64,000 bases of DNA. Origin: Hyaloraphidium curvatum SAG 235-1 (taxonomy: Eukaryota; Fungi; Monoblepharomycota). The stretch spans positions 620,001 to 684,000 of the forward strand of contig JAIVFI010000021.1 of NCBI GenBank assembly GCA_025558095.1, given 5' to 3'. This document shows, one piece after another, positions 37,965-50,324 of the stretch. The translations under genes were made by a program, and so were the position numbers. How positions within the stretch are numbered: the first letter of the stretch is position 1; each line of letters begins with the position of its first letter. The notes under the pieces were generated by a model. That model had not been told where the DNA came from. It was given only the letters and a program-made list of their open reading frames with translations, and searched no databases.

Positions 37965-38729
37965 ATGGCCGGCTCCCGGTCCTCCGACGTGGAGAGCGGT
38001 GAAAGGGCGCCCGGAGGCAGCGCACCCGGCGGGACGTCGTCGGCCGACTCGCTCGCGTCTGCCGGGTGGGTGCGCCGCTTCGTGGCGGCGCGCGGCGGCG
38101 AGCTGTTTGTCGACGTCGACGACGACTACTTCGGCGACCGCTTCAACCTCACCGGCCTGGCGCAGGACGTCGACCACTACCAGCTGGCGCTGGACCTGAT
38201 CGCGGACGGCGGCGACGGCCGCGCGCCCCCCGCCGTGCTGGCCGCCGCGCGCCACCTGTACGGCCTGATCCACGCGCGCTACATCGTCACGCACCGCGGC
38301 CTGCAGAAGATGGCGGACAAGCTGCGCAGGGAGGACTTTGGCCGCTGCCCGCGCGTGCTGTGCGCCGGCCAGCCCGTGCTGCCGGTCGGCCTGTCGGACG
38401 TGCCCGGCGAGGGCGCCGCCAAGCTGTACTGCCCGCGCTGCGAGGACGTCTACACGCCGCCCGCAAAGCGCCACGCCCGCATCGACGGCGCCTACTTCGG
38501 CACTACCTTCCCGCACCTGCTGTTCCAGGTCTTCCCCAACCTGATGCCGGCGAGGCCGGCGGACCGCTACGTGCCGCGCATCTTTGGCTTCCGCATCCAC
38601 GAGGTGGCCGTGCAGCACAGGCGCCAGGACGCGCTGCGCGACAGGGACTCGGACACCGGGAGGGACGGCGACGTCGGGAGGGCCGGAGACACTGGGAAGG
38701 AGGGCGAGGAGAAGGACGCTGGAGGGTGA
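37965..38729 (+). CDS. Casein kinase II regulatory subunit beta, intronless
   Basis: WVRRF...DYFGDRFNLTGL, LYGLIHARYIVT..GLQKM, FGRCPRVLC...KLYCPRCEDVY, IDGAYFGTTFPH, YVPRIFGFRIH. Confidence 0.95.
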   Translation: MAGSRSSDVESGERAPGGSAPGGTSSADSLASAGWVRRFVAARGGELFVDVDDDYFGDRFNLTGLAQDVDHYQLALDLIADGGDGRAPPAVLAAARHLYGLIHARYIVTHRGLQKMADKLRREDFGRCPRVLCAGQPVLPVGLSDVPGEGAAKLYCPRCEDVYTPPAKRHARIDGAYFGTTFPHLLFQVFPNLMPARPADRYVPRIFGFRIHEVAVQHRRQDALRDRDSDTGRDGDVGRAGDTGKEGEEKDAGG

Positions 38730-38802
38730 GGGCACCTCGCCAACTGGCAGCGGCAATCGGGCGTTGCCCGGTGTCGTATTGCACGGCAGCACGATGGCAC
38801 GA

Positions 38803-39708
38803 TCACGCCACGACCCAGTTCTCCCTCGGCGCGAAACCCAGCGCCTCGCAGTCCGGCCGGTGCAGCACCCACGTGTGCGTCGGGATCCGGAACATGCAGT
38901 GGTCCCCGGCGTAGAGCAGCGCGAGCCGGTCCAGCCACGTGTCGCGCATCTCCTGCTCCTCGACCAGCAGCCCCGGGGCTGCCGTGTGCGGCTTTTCGCG
39001 GAGCTTGCCGTGGTCCACAAAGGGGCACGACCCTGGATCCTCTTCGGAGCGGCATCGGTAGGCGCCGCAGAGGAAGGGCTCGAGCGCAAGGTCCGTACGG
39101 TGCACGCCAAAGAGGTGCACCGCAGCCGAACGCGGCAGGAGCGACCACTGGGGCAAGAAACGCGTATCCGTCACCAGGCCGCGCTCTGCGGCGTCCAGGA
39201 CGGCCTCGAGCGTTGCAGCGGCTCTGTTGGGGCCCGTTCCCGCGTCCGTCGCGGCCCGGGCCAGTGCAGGGTCCCGCGGCCCCGCCATCGCCGCGTAGAA
39301 GGCGCCGAGGAAGCGGTGCAGGGGCTGCTGGACCACGGCATAGCAGGTCCAACCTGGCAGCGAGCAGATCCGCTGCGATGCACTGCCCGGTTTTCCGTCC
39401 ACCCCGTCGTCGTCCGTAAAGTTTGCGAGGGCTGCACGCCCACAAAGGTGCTGCAGCTGCCTCACAAGTCCTTCGTCCTGGTCCTTGAACAGGCGTATCA
39501 GCGCCAATCCGAGCGGTCGGCACGCAACAATGTCCGCGTCGGCGCCGGACTGGGCATCCTGGCGGGGAAGGCCAGCGACAGGATCGTCGGGGCACACAAA
39601 GTCGTGCGACGATACGCTCCTTTGCTCGGGACGTCTCCTTCCGAAGAGAAACAGCAGAAATAGACAGGCCGCGCAGATGGTGACCAGCGGGGGGATGCGG
39701 ATTCGCAT
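38803..39708 (-). CDS. Type II membrane carbohydrate sulfotransferase-like protein (Sulfotransfer_2-like), intronless
   Basis: TM anchor; AVVQQPLHRFLGAFY resembles the 3'-PB RDPxxRxxS motif; DTRFLPQW; LYAGDHCMF resembles the terminal Y..DF..F motif. Confidence 0.55.
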   Translation of the reverse strand: MRIRIPPLVTICAACLFLLFLFGRRRPEQRSVSSHDFVCPDDPVAGLPRQDAQSGADADIVACRPLGLALIRLFKDQDEGLVRQLQHLCGRAALANFTDDDGVDGKPGSASQRICSLPGWTCYAVVQQPLHRFLGAFYAAMAGPRDPALARAATDAGTGPNRAAATLEAVLDAAERGLVTDTRFLPQWSLLPRSAAVHLFGVHRTDLALEPFLCGAYRCRSEEDPGSCPFVDHGKLREKPHTAAPGLLVEEQEMRDTWLDRLALLYAGDHCMFRIPTHTWVLHRPDCEALGFAPRENWVVA

Positions 39709-39812
39709 TGGAGCCCAATGCTGCACGGAAGGTCGATACTCGAACGATCGCGCGCCATACAGTACGGAAGAAGAGTGGCAAAGAACGTGTAATCGAAGGA
39801 GATACACATCGA

Positions 39813-40518
39813 TCAAGGCGCCGGCTCCAGATCCGGGATGTCTACGTGAATCAAAGAACGCGAAAGTCAGCCCACAATGCGAGTCCCATCCGCTTGGTCG
39901 CCACCCACCGTCCTTGCCTTCTTCCTCGTCGTCAGAATCAAAATCGCCCTTTCGAGACACTCAGATACGATCGCGAGCACCCTGCGAGCGCCACTCACCA
40001 TTGCCCCGGCCGGCGGACCACCCCCGAGAGGCGCCGCGCCGGCCCCGCCGCCGATGTTGCTGAACTGGCTAAAGTCCATGTCGAACGGGTTCCCCTTGGC
40101 GTCCTCGTCTTCGTCGTCCTCGTCCTTCCACCGCGAAAAGTCCGTCTTGACAAAGAACGGGTTCTTGGCGCCCTTGACGAGCCTCGGCCACCACGACTGG
40201 TCCGCCTCCTTCTTTTTCAGAACAAAGTAGCACGATCTCGGGGTGATCGACTGCTTCGATTCCTGGCCGGCGAAGGTCGGCTGAACGTGCATGACGAAGG
40301 GGCGACTCGCCACCCACTGCGGGATCCACGGGCTTCGAAAACTCCAGCGTCACCTCGTACGTCTTGCCGTTCGACTCTCCCTTGAAGTGGAGCTTCTCCT
40401 CGTCCAGATCGATCTTCTGGCCGTGCACATCGCTCAGGTTGATGGTGAGGTAGACTTCCCCGGCGCGCTGGGCCCAGAGGACTTCGGGAACGAGGTTGTG
40501 CGCCTGTTCCTTTGCCAT
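39813..40518 (-). CDS. SBA1: Hsp90 co-chaperone p23 (Sba1/Wos2), multi-exon
   Basis: PEVLWAQR..VYLTI, WWPRLVK..K..FVKTDFSRWKDEDD, acidic tail DIPDLE. Confidence 0.92.
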
Positions 40519-40864
40519 CTGGCAGAAGACGTCGATGAGCGCGGTCCATACGTCGCAGGTGAAGCGAGGTTCGCGTCGCAGACGCGTAGCCGGCACGCAA
40601 CCGACATGTCCCATGAGTTGCGAGGTGACGAAGAGGCCCAACGCCCACCGCCATGGCCATCGCGGTCGTAGATTCGACGATGAGCTGTCGGAACCGCAAC
40701 CAACCTCGTTCTCAATGGCCGAGGAGGAGCGACGATGGACAGAGCAAAGTTGTGTTTGGCGGCGCGATGCGAAATGCGAATAGTATTCATCGTATGACTG
40801 GCCTTGCCCGACACTCGGACACATCATTCGGTCTCATTGCATTGCTCGTACCCCTCCGGATACA

Positions 40865-41755
40865 TCAGAACTTCAGCAGATGCGGCACGTCGCCGTTCTT
40901 CAAGCTGAACCGCGAGGAGAGGTACGACTTCAGCAGGGGCACGGCAGCGATCGCACGCTGGAGCTGGCCATCGATCGCCTTCTGGTCGGCGGCGCGCTTC
41001 GGGTCGAGCGACTTCTTCAAAAGCGGCGAGCGTCACGATCGGCTCGGATGCTGCAACAGCAGGGTCACGCACCTTCGGCGCATCCTTGTCAAAGAGCTCC
41101 TCCTCCGTCGCCTGCTTCTTGGCCTTCTTGTCCGCCTTGAAGTAGGCGTCGTCGATGTGTTCCGGGACCTCGACGTTCGACACGTCGATCTTGGTCGACG
41201 TTGCGATGACGTACGACTGGTTCACCCGGCGCAGAGGGACCCCGTTCGCCTTGTGAGGCCCCGTGACCAGCAAAAGGCCCGACGGCAGCTGCTTCAGGAA
41301 CACGACCCGCTTGCCGCGGAACCGTCCGGCCAGGATGATGACGACGGTGCCCGGGGTGATGCTGGAGCGGAGCTTGGTGGGCTTGGAGGTCTTGCGCGAA
41401 CGCTTGGGCCGGGCGACGTCGTCGGCAGGGTAGAACCGCGGTCCCTTGGCCTTCAGCACTTCCCGCTTGCCCCCGTTCTTGGCACCGCCGACTTCCTTCG
41501 TGACGGTGGCCGCCCCGGCGACCTCATCCTTCTTGGCCTGCGTCCGCGTCCTACTTAGGCGCTGCCTCAGGCTACCGCAGATGATAGAGCTCACCGCAAC
41601 CTCCTTCTTCTTTTTGTAGACGCCCCTCGCCCGGTAGCTCTCCGACCTCGAGAGACGCGCGACTGCGATGGCCGACTAAGTGAAACTCGCCGAAGGGGCA
41701 CTCGAGTGCGCTCACCCCCGGGCTTCAGCCAGCTATTCCTCGGCGCGTGCACCAT
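40865..41755 (-). CDS. RPL6: 60S ribosomal protein eL6, multi-exon
   Basis: [62 protein letters not shown]; C-terminal PHLLKF. Confidence 0.97.
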
Positions 41756-42044
41756 TCTGAACCGGTACCAGGCCCCGTAATTGTGCCGAAAGACGGTTTC
41801 CGGGTGTCCAGGGGGTCGATTGGAGAGACGCGGCCAGTGGGAAGAGGTTCCGTCAGACTGCTGTCGCAAAACCGCAGCCACACCACAGCACGCGCCGCAC
41901 TGTCCGATGCCAATGGCGCCGGCGCCGCGCGAGGAGCGTCTGCAGCGAGGAAGACTGACCTTGAACGGGGTGAATGAGTTTGTTTACACGACAAACCTAA
42001 GCGCTGACCTGCTGCAACCATTCCTTTTCCCCGTGCATCACAAA

Positions 42045-43988
42045 ATGCTCGCTACCGCCGACGGCACGCCGGCCGCGGCAGAGTCGCCGCCTGCGCCAAT
42101 GGACGATGTCCAGTCTTCCCCTTCACCGTTAGACGCGGCCTCCTACGACCTCACTCCCCGCATCATCCCCTTCCTCGACCGGCACATGGCCGCTCCCCTC
42201 GTGGAGTTCCTCATCAGCACCCAGGTCCGTGGGCGGAGTTCTTGGTGCCAGCTGCAAAGTCTGAACAGAGTCGGATCGCGCTGGCAGATGTACCCGGACC
42301 GGGACCTGCAGGAGGCCAAGCTGGATCTGCTGCTCGAGACAAAGATGATTGACTACACGAACGAGGTCTATCAGCAGGTCCACGGCACGGAGGACAATCT
42401 TCCAGGTGGAATATAAAAGGCGGAAACGATGCAAACGTGGCTGACCGTGCCGTGTCCCCGTTAGGCTACGAATCGAAGCGGCAGGCCGTGTTGGACCAGC
42501 TGCAGGCTCTTGGGATGGAAAGCGAGGAGATTATGGCCATCATCAAGAACGAGGATGTCGTCAAGGAGATCAAGAATGACAAGCTTGCTAACATGAAGTT
42601 CCTCGAAGACAACTACGGGGTGCGGACTCGTCGCTGGAGGTACAACAACCCCGCCAGCGACTGACACGTCTGTACGCAATCGCCAGTTCAAGCCGGAGAT
42701 GCTTGCGAAGCTCTACGAGCTTGCTCAGTTCCAGTACGCGTGCGGGGACTATGCAGGGGCGGCGGACATGCTCTATCACTACCGAATCCTGGTGCTGAGC
42801 CCGCTGTACACGGTTGGCACTCGACTGATCGTCGCTGCGCGCAGTCCACGGATTATGAGATGAACGTGAACGCCCTGTGGGGCAAGCTCGCGGCCGAGAT
42901 CCTCACCCAAAACTTGGAAGTTGCCCTCGAGGACCTCAACAAGCTGAAAGAGCTGATTGACCAAAAGGTACCGGCATTTGCGGTTGAAAGGTCCGAGCAA
43001 GTTAACACGCCGGTGTGGCCTTCGAAAGAGCTTCGTCTCGCACCTGTTCCAGCTCCAGCAACGGACGTGGCTCATCCACTGGAGCCTGTTCGTCTTCTTC
43101 AACCACCCGAAGGGACGCGATGGGATCATCGATCTTTTCTTCCAGCCAGCGTAAGGGCTCGCCGACAAATGCTCTGCTCTGGCTCATCGCTGTTGTGACA
43201 GGTACATCAACACGATTCAAACGACTTGTCCTTGGATTTTGCGATACCTTACGACTGCCGTCATAACCAACAAGAAGCGACGTAGCAGCATCAAGGATCT
43301 CGTTAAGATCATTCAAATGGTGAGCTCTTTGTGGGCTCGGTTTGCTAGACCGGTGGTCAACAGTTTTGCTGCAGGAGAGCGTCATATACCGCGATCCGAT
43401 CACTGAGTTTGTCGAGTCGCTTTACATCAACTTTGACTTTGAGAAAGCAAGGACAAAGCTGCGGGAATGCGAGGAGGCAAGACCCGCGGGTTGGAGCGAC
43501 AGGGCCGCCGTAACGCCTTCTTTAGGTCCTGTCGAGAGACTTTTTTCTGGTCGCTACCAGGGACGACTTCATCGAGAACGCGCGTCTATTCATCTTTGAG
43601 ACGTATTGCCGAATCCACGAGCGAATTGACATTAAGTGGGTGCTCCGGCGGCCGGCCGCGTCGGGGTTTCGGTGATCTCATCATCATGTCTCCTTGCAGC
43701 AAAATGTCGGAGATGTTGAACCTGCCGCGGGAATCGGGAGAGAAGTGGATCGTGAATCTGATTCGGAATGCGAGGCTTGATGCGAAGATTGACGCAAAGA
43801 CGGTACGTTGGTGGAAAATGAGCCGCGGCTGGTTACTGAACTTACGGTTGTCCTTTCACGCAGAACTCTGTCGTCATGGGATTGCAATCTCAGTCTGTCT
43901 ATCAGCAGGTGATCGAGCGGACAAAGGCAATATCTTTTCGGACCAGCGTTCTGCTGAACAATGTTCGGAGAGAGAAGCCTGGCGATGA
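42045..43988 (+). CDS. EIF3E: Translation initiation factor eIF3 subunit e (Int6), about 11 exons
   Basis: [92 protein letters not shown]. Confidence 0.96.
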
Positions 43989-45244
43989 GATTGGAGAGCC
44001 CGACGAATAGACATCGGAGATCTAACATTCGCGTTGTTTCCAGTAGGTCGTGCGGCGCCACGATTGGGAACGGCTTCGGTAATTGCGTGAGCAGACTTCA
44101 GTTGGGTGAAGAAGTCGGGTTCTCCACACGCCACACGCGTCGGAAGCCTCATTGGGTTTCATCTTTGTTTCTACTGCGAGCGCAGCACACCCGAGCCCCG
44201 GCGACGCGGTTGAAGGCCCACTCCGAGGTGTCCCGACTCGATATGGCGATGGTAGAGCCCCTCGATGGTTCAACGAGGGGAGCGGCCTTGACGCCGTGGT
44301 GGCAGGGGCGATTGCCCCCCTCAGGGTCGCATTCAAGGACAAGCAAAGATCTCTGTCCGCGCGAGCAGCCCTTGCGGTGTCGATGAACCCCGCTAACGTA
44401 GGAAGACCGCGTGTCCACCACCTGGGGCAAGCAACCAAAACAGTCCCAAAACCGAGCTTACCGCGCCCAGCGCGAGTTCTTCTCTTTCTTTGACGTTTTG
44501 CGAGGGTAATTGCGGGATGGGCGGGGCATCAAGGCGCAATACACGCGCTTCCGATCCCGCGTCGATGAGGGGCCTTCCAGGCCACCGGGGACCCGGGAAG
44601 CCCCGAACCGGCCGCGAAGATGTTCTGCTGGCCTCCGCTCCATCCGTGGGTTTTGACCCTTTGGGCACCCCACAGGGGCACCGCAGCACACTGCTGTTCG
44701 CAGTCCGCCACCCGCTCGCATCGTCCTTCAGCTGGACTGCCGTCGCCCCCAACGACTCCAGAAAACGGTTGGCATATCCTCTTGCCAGCTTCCGAGCTCC
44801 AGGACCTCAGAAAAGTTGCCTTGGCCGCGTTCTCGCGCGAACCGTCCGACGAAGGTGGCGCGGCGTTCCACGCAAACATCTAAATCGCAGGGGTCTCGCG
44901 TGGAGTGGCGGGCCCCGGGCACGGCTTGGCCGCCTTTCTACGCCGCGCCGCGATTTTGATTTTGGGCATCATTGCCTGCCTCCATGGTGTTGGTGGGCTT
45001 TTTGATATAGTTCGTATGAGCTCGCGGCCGGCCGCGCGGAACGGACCACCATGCCCGTTTGCGTGCTGCCGCTCGGGAAACCCATGAAGTACATCACGAG
45101 CATATTCAATCATGCTTAGCGGCACTATCTGGTGAGCTTCCCGGGGGATTCATTCATTTTTGGTGTGTTGCCGTTTGCTCGCCCCGCCTGGACATATACT
45201 ACACTACATCCATGTGGCACTATCTCTGAGGACTTCTAACGTCA

Positions 45245-45278
45245 GGGGAAGTCGGATAGCGGTCTATTCCGCCAGTTT
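45245..45278 (+). pseudogene. Isolated 5' half of tRNA-Leu (positions 1-33); possibly a decayed tRNA extending to ~45355
   Basis: 45241-45278 matches 50321-50358 at 36/38 nt and runs into TTTTT; downstream shows only weak traces of a 3' half (ATTGGTC, GGTTCG, CTCAACTA). Confidence 0.8.
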
Positions 45279-46076
45279 TTCTATGAGTACGATACTGTTT
45301 CACGGGACGCAGTATTGGTCTACGAACCGCGGTAGTGGTTCGTGCAGAATGCTCAACTACATGTCCGCGGCGCCTTGAGCGCGGTCCATCGGTCACACAT
45401 CCCGTCCGTCGGCTCAAACAGCCTGCCGGTGCTCGCCGTCACTGCAGAGTACCGGCAGCAAGCCAGGTTGTGTATTCGCGGGCCTTCGGTTCTCCCATGA
45501 CGACCCCCCCAACACATTAACTCTGCTCGAGCAACCCAGCAAAGCCTTCACCCGAGGGAGAAAAGCGACGTGTTCATTTCATGCCTCATCATGGACAATT
45601 CCTCTAGCTGATGGGCGAGGTGAAACCGAGGCTACGGAAACGGAGCAGGCGCAACACGGCTGGAGAAGCGGGACCGCCAAAAGCGCAGGCATTCCCACAA
45701 AGGAGGCTGAAATGGATTTATTGTCACATAGATGGCAAAATCCGCGAGTGTTGGTACCGATTCGGAAGGCAGGTTTGCGTGTGCAGCAACCTGATTCGGA
45801 GGCCGGAGCCCGAGCCCGAGCGCCCGCCCCCACGCGTCCGCCGTCCCACACCAACACCCCCTCCCCCCGGACGTGCCCCGCGACCCCGCGGAACTCCCAG
45901 GTTAGCCGGTGCTATTGAACGATGATTTTTCGCCCTTCCCGGCGGTGGGGTTTTGCTGATGCGCCGCGGGCTGCCCTTCCACAGGGAGCCCTTTGATTCG
46001 GGCGGTTTCGGACCCGCCCGCCCGGCGCACTCACCTCGACGTCGGCTCCACTCCACGGCACAGAGTTCGCGCTATC

Positions 46077-48676
46077 ATGGCGCGCGCGGAGAAGGCGGCG
46101 GCACGGCCGGCCGACCGCGTGGCAACGAGCGGGGCCGCTGTCACCGCGGAGCCCCTCCCCCTCGGAAACGCGCCGCGGGCGGACAGCGCATCGGGGGCAC
46201 CGCACCCGAGCGAAGTCGACCATTGCATGCGCCATGGCATGACGTTGGACCAGCTGCTGCACGACCACCACCCCGCCCCACCCACCGAGCCGGTTCTGAA
46301 GGAGAGCGAGTTCGAGTATATCCTCAACAACGTGCAGAGCAACAGGCTCACCATCCGGGAGACGGGCTGCTTCTTGCATGATTTCCTCATTCACCGCTTC
46401 CGGCGCGCGAGCCCCGAGTTTCTGAACCCGAACTCTGCCATCATCAGCGCGGGCCCCGGCGGGATCAACGCCCTCGTCATCGCCATGTGCGCAAACGGGT
46501 ACTTGACGCTGGCAAATGCGCCGGACTGCCCCAGCGGCAAACTTGTACGGGCGCTGCTCAGAGTTGGCAGCTTGTACGCCAGGAAGCCAGTCAAAGCAAG
46601 GACCCTCAACACAAGGAGTACGTCTCGCGCCGAAGCGCATCGATCCGGGCTCGAATCCTCATTTGTCGTCCCTCCAGAGTGGTGCCCCTGCCCGATTACG
46701 TCGTCCGAGGGCAAGAAGGGGCCCTGCCCAAAGGTGGGCCAACAACTCGTTCAACAGTAGCTTTGTTTGCTGACGAACTTATCGGCAGGTCAACCACTAC
46801 GAAATCGAGTATGCCCGAATGGAGCTGGTTCTTTTCCTCGTAGCGGCCAAGAACGAAGGAACAGTGTTTGACGGTGAGGCATTGGCGCTTGCAGCGCACG
46901 CACGGAGCGCCGCCAACACGACCTGCCCGCCGCGCACTCCCCAGTGATCATCATCATGTCTGAAGCTCCCTTCGCCCTCTTCGGCCTCGCCGACGATGCC
47001 AAGCTGTGCGACGTCGTCGAAAGCTCTCCGGCAATGCTTCTGGTGAGCCGCCATTCACAACGTTTGCGCGTGTGCTGATGCCGGCCTACAATCCTGACTA
47101 CAGAACACTCCGGAGCTCGAATTCGCTGGCTATTTGGACGTTCCCGGGGTCATCAGCATCCACCCGGCCAAGCTAGAGGGCAGCGTGGCCTGTTTGAACC
47201 TCCCGAGCGGCATGGACACGACTGAGAAGCACAAGACGATCGTGCTCGCGCAGGGCAAGGCCAACCTGCAGGCGGTACGCGGCATGAAGCAGGCCATGGA
47301 ATGGGTGACTGGATGCAAGGTGCGCACGTGACCTTAAGCTTCATTACTGTCGGTCCTTGTCAACTTATCCACCGCAGTCGTTAAACACCGAGCAGCACGG
47401 CTACGAGATGCTCCGGGAAAACGTCAACCTCCCGCTCTCGTACGAGCAGCTGCTAAAGGAAGGCGACGGAATCGATTTCGGAAAGCTACACAAGGACATG
47501 AGCACACGCCGGGTAAGGTTTTGGCGTCGTTGGTGCACGCGTTGCTGAATGACGATCGGCTGGTCGGGGGCAGGCGAACACCATTGTGCACGTCGAACGC
47601 TTTGAGGACGGCACGGAGATGCCCGTCACCCGAGCCCAGCTCGACCTGCATAAGGCGCGGAACTCGGACAAGGGGAGGCGGTCCAATCAGCACAAGGTGG
47701 GTCGTGCTGCAGCGTGGTCTATGCGGCTCAACGCTAACGACCGCCGCGCATTGCAGATGAACCGCGTCGTTGAAGCGGAAAATTCGTTCACTGGACAGGT
47801 CGAGACCATGAAGAATGCCCGGAAACTGGGGTTGCAGAGGGGCCAGGCCCGTGAGTTCCATAGTCAGCCGAACGCAACCACTGAGGCTAACCCGGAGTGC
47901 TCGTTGCAGTCGGCAAGGACAAGGACGCGGCCAGGAAGAGGGCGCAGACCCAGAAGGGCCAGGTGCAGCTCTCGATCAACCATCTGCTCACGACTCTGGA
48001 TGCCCTGGCATTGAAGCACCCCGGCCACCGGTTTCCCACATCCACGCTTGTTCAGTGCGGCTCTCTTGAGAAAGGCGGCACATGCGAGCTGACTGCGAGT
48101 CATCTGGCGCACGTGTTTGTCGACTCGGACAACCGGCTAGCTGGTGCATCGTTTGCCGATCCAAGCCGTGAGGGGCCAATGCTGGCGGTCATTGAGTCCA
48201 CGCACAAGCACGTGCATGAGCTAGATGCTGGCACGGAGACCAGTCCGCCGAAACGGAAGCGAAAGGAGCCGGAAGTTCGCCTGCGGCGACGAAAGGGGAC
48301 CTCTCGGCGTGAGAGCGCAAACGATTTCGTGTCGCTGGACGGCATCCCGGATGCCGTCCCCGGCTTGTACGGATACGTCGTCAAGGTCAAGAAGCAGCGT
48401 CTGGCTAAGGCCATGAAGTTGGCAAAACTGATTGACGACAACACGGAGGTCGGCGAGGACTCGTACACCATGGTACAGCAGCGCAAGAAGGCCGCAGCGG
48501 AGGCCGCTGCCGAAGCCCAGCGCGAGGCGAAGCTGGCACCGAAGAAGAGGGGCCGGCCCAGGGAAGAGGTGGATCCGAACCCGGGCGCTGGCGTCTTGGA
48601 CAACGAGAACGGCGCTTCGGGCGGGGAGATCAAGGAGGTTGAGCGGAGCAAGGCGAAGCGTGCGAAGCACGGGTGA
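46077..48676 (+). CDS. Orphan multi-exon protein: putative UDG-like domain, basic region and C-terminal AT-hook
   Basis: About 8 exons joined by short GT-AG introns; CPSGKLVRALL, LNTR|KWCPCP, VIIIMSEAPF, VISIHPAKL; KKRGRPRE near C-terminus; NLS-like PPKRKRK. Confidence 0.6.
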
Positions 48677-50324
48677 GGAAGCACGGGTACATGGCATTCA
48701 GCAAACGCGGGTGGACTCGAGGGCATGGTGCCCCTTGATGATCGGAGCTTATTGAGTCACGGTATCTCGGTCCAATTGTTGATTGTTCATTAATGATGTA
48801 GACGCGAAGATTGATTGATATGATTAATCGATTCGTCGATTCGTCATCTAGTCCTCGATCCGTCATCCAAGGGGTGTTGCTTTCTCCGAGGGGCGGAGGT
48901 CCCCGGGAATTTGCATTTCCAGCTATGTCCCGAGCGTTGGCAACTTTGATTTATCGGCATAGCGCGTGGGTGGGTTTAGGCGAGTTGCGGTTGACCGTCA
49001 AAAATGATGGCGATGCTTAGTAGTGAGCGTATGGACCCAAAGCTTGCCCGCCCGCGGCACCTGAAACCGAATCCACAACGCCATTCGCAATCAATCCTGC
49101 GAATGCTGCACCGAATGCGGGCGGCAGACCCCATTGTGCCCGAGCTTCGGCGCCACTGGTTGAGCGGCAGCTTCATTGAGTTTCCATCCTTTCGAAACTG
49201 ACGTCAGGCCAGCGCGCCCAGTGACGCCGACATCGCCGAACCGACGCCCGCTCGCGGGCAACTTCAAACGAAAGGTTGCTTGGATTGAAAGAAGGCGTCC
49301 ACGGATAAAAAGGATGGGAAACCGCGTCCGGCAGCCCAGTCGCCAGGTGCTCGGTCGGCTTGCTTGCCCACGCTGGTGTGACGAGGCCAGATGCATCCGC
49401 CGCAGTAGCAAATCGCGACGAAGATCGCCAAAAAAGTTGGCAACTCGGCTTTCACGGCATCCTCGACCGGTTCAGCGTGCCCAATAGTACCGGGGATCCC
49501 TCCTCGTCCGGTCCAGCACGCAGTCTTTCAAAAGCCGACACGCCGTCCAGAGGCAGTCCATAGACCACCAAACAAGCTCGTCCCGTCAGAACGCCCAGTC
49601 TCCTCAATTGAGTGCGGTGCGGTGCGGTCACGTTCATGGTGCCAACGGGTGCGTTGCAGCGCGCTCCCCGGCCACGGAAGAGCTTCTAGCGCTCCAACCA
49701 TCGGTCCAGCAACTCTCACGTACTCTATGGCGCGGTCTCCGGCGAGATTCGGCGGCCAGAGGCGGTGTCACCTCGAGGCGATGGGCTGCAAAAAATAAGG
49801 AGGCAGGACGCATCGGCGCCGGCGTCGGAACCCGCGCACCCGCCGCCCGCCGCCCGCGCCCGCCGCGCCCGCGCCCGCGCCGGCACGAGCGCCCCCTTTC
49901 CCGGTCTGGTTGCCGAGGCCGGGCCGCGCCATCGTCCGGGGACCGGGGTCGGTCGAGTCACCGACAACAAGCGAACAAAGGACGCCTCCCAAACATCGAA
50001 CCGGCGCTCATCAGTACATCAGTACATCTCTTGCAGAGAATGAACATGATTAGCTGCGAAAGGATGCGGCCGGCGGGCCACCCACGAGGCTCGTCGTGCT
50101 CGCTCAGCCGGCTGAGGTGCAGATCGGTCACACCCACCTTGACGGCTCTCGCCCCATAATAGTGAAGCGAAGTTGCCATCAAAACTCCACAGATCTTGAT
50201 TCCATGGTTCGAAGACTAGAGGGAAAGCGGCGGAGAAGGGAATTTGAACATGGAAAACGCGACGAATCGAGCGACCGGACGTGGGAGCTCTCTGTAGGAC
50301 CTTCCACCGGGATTATGAATGTCA

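Noticed and set aside
44000-45100. Possible RNase P/MRP RNA or protein gene
   Set aside because: I could not find the conserved P4 motifs or a recognisable protein, so it is left unannotated.
45281-45360. Hammerhead or HDV-like ribozyme, or a group I intron in the tRNA anticodon
   Set aside because: No CUGAUGA/GAAA core, no HDV P1/P3 topology and no recognisable group I core.
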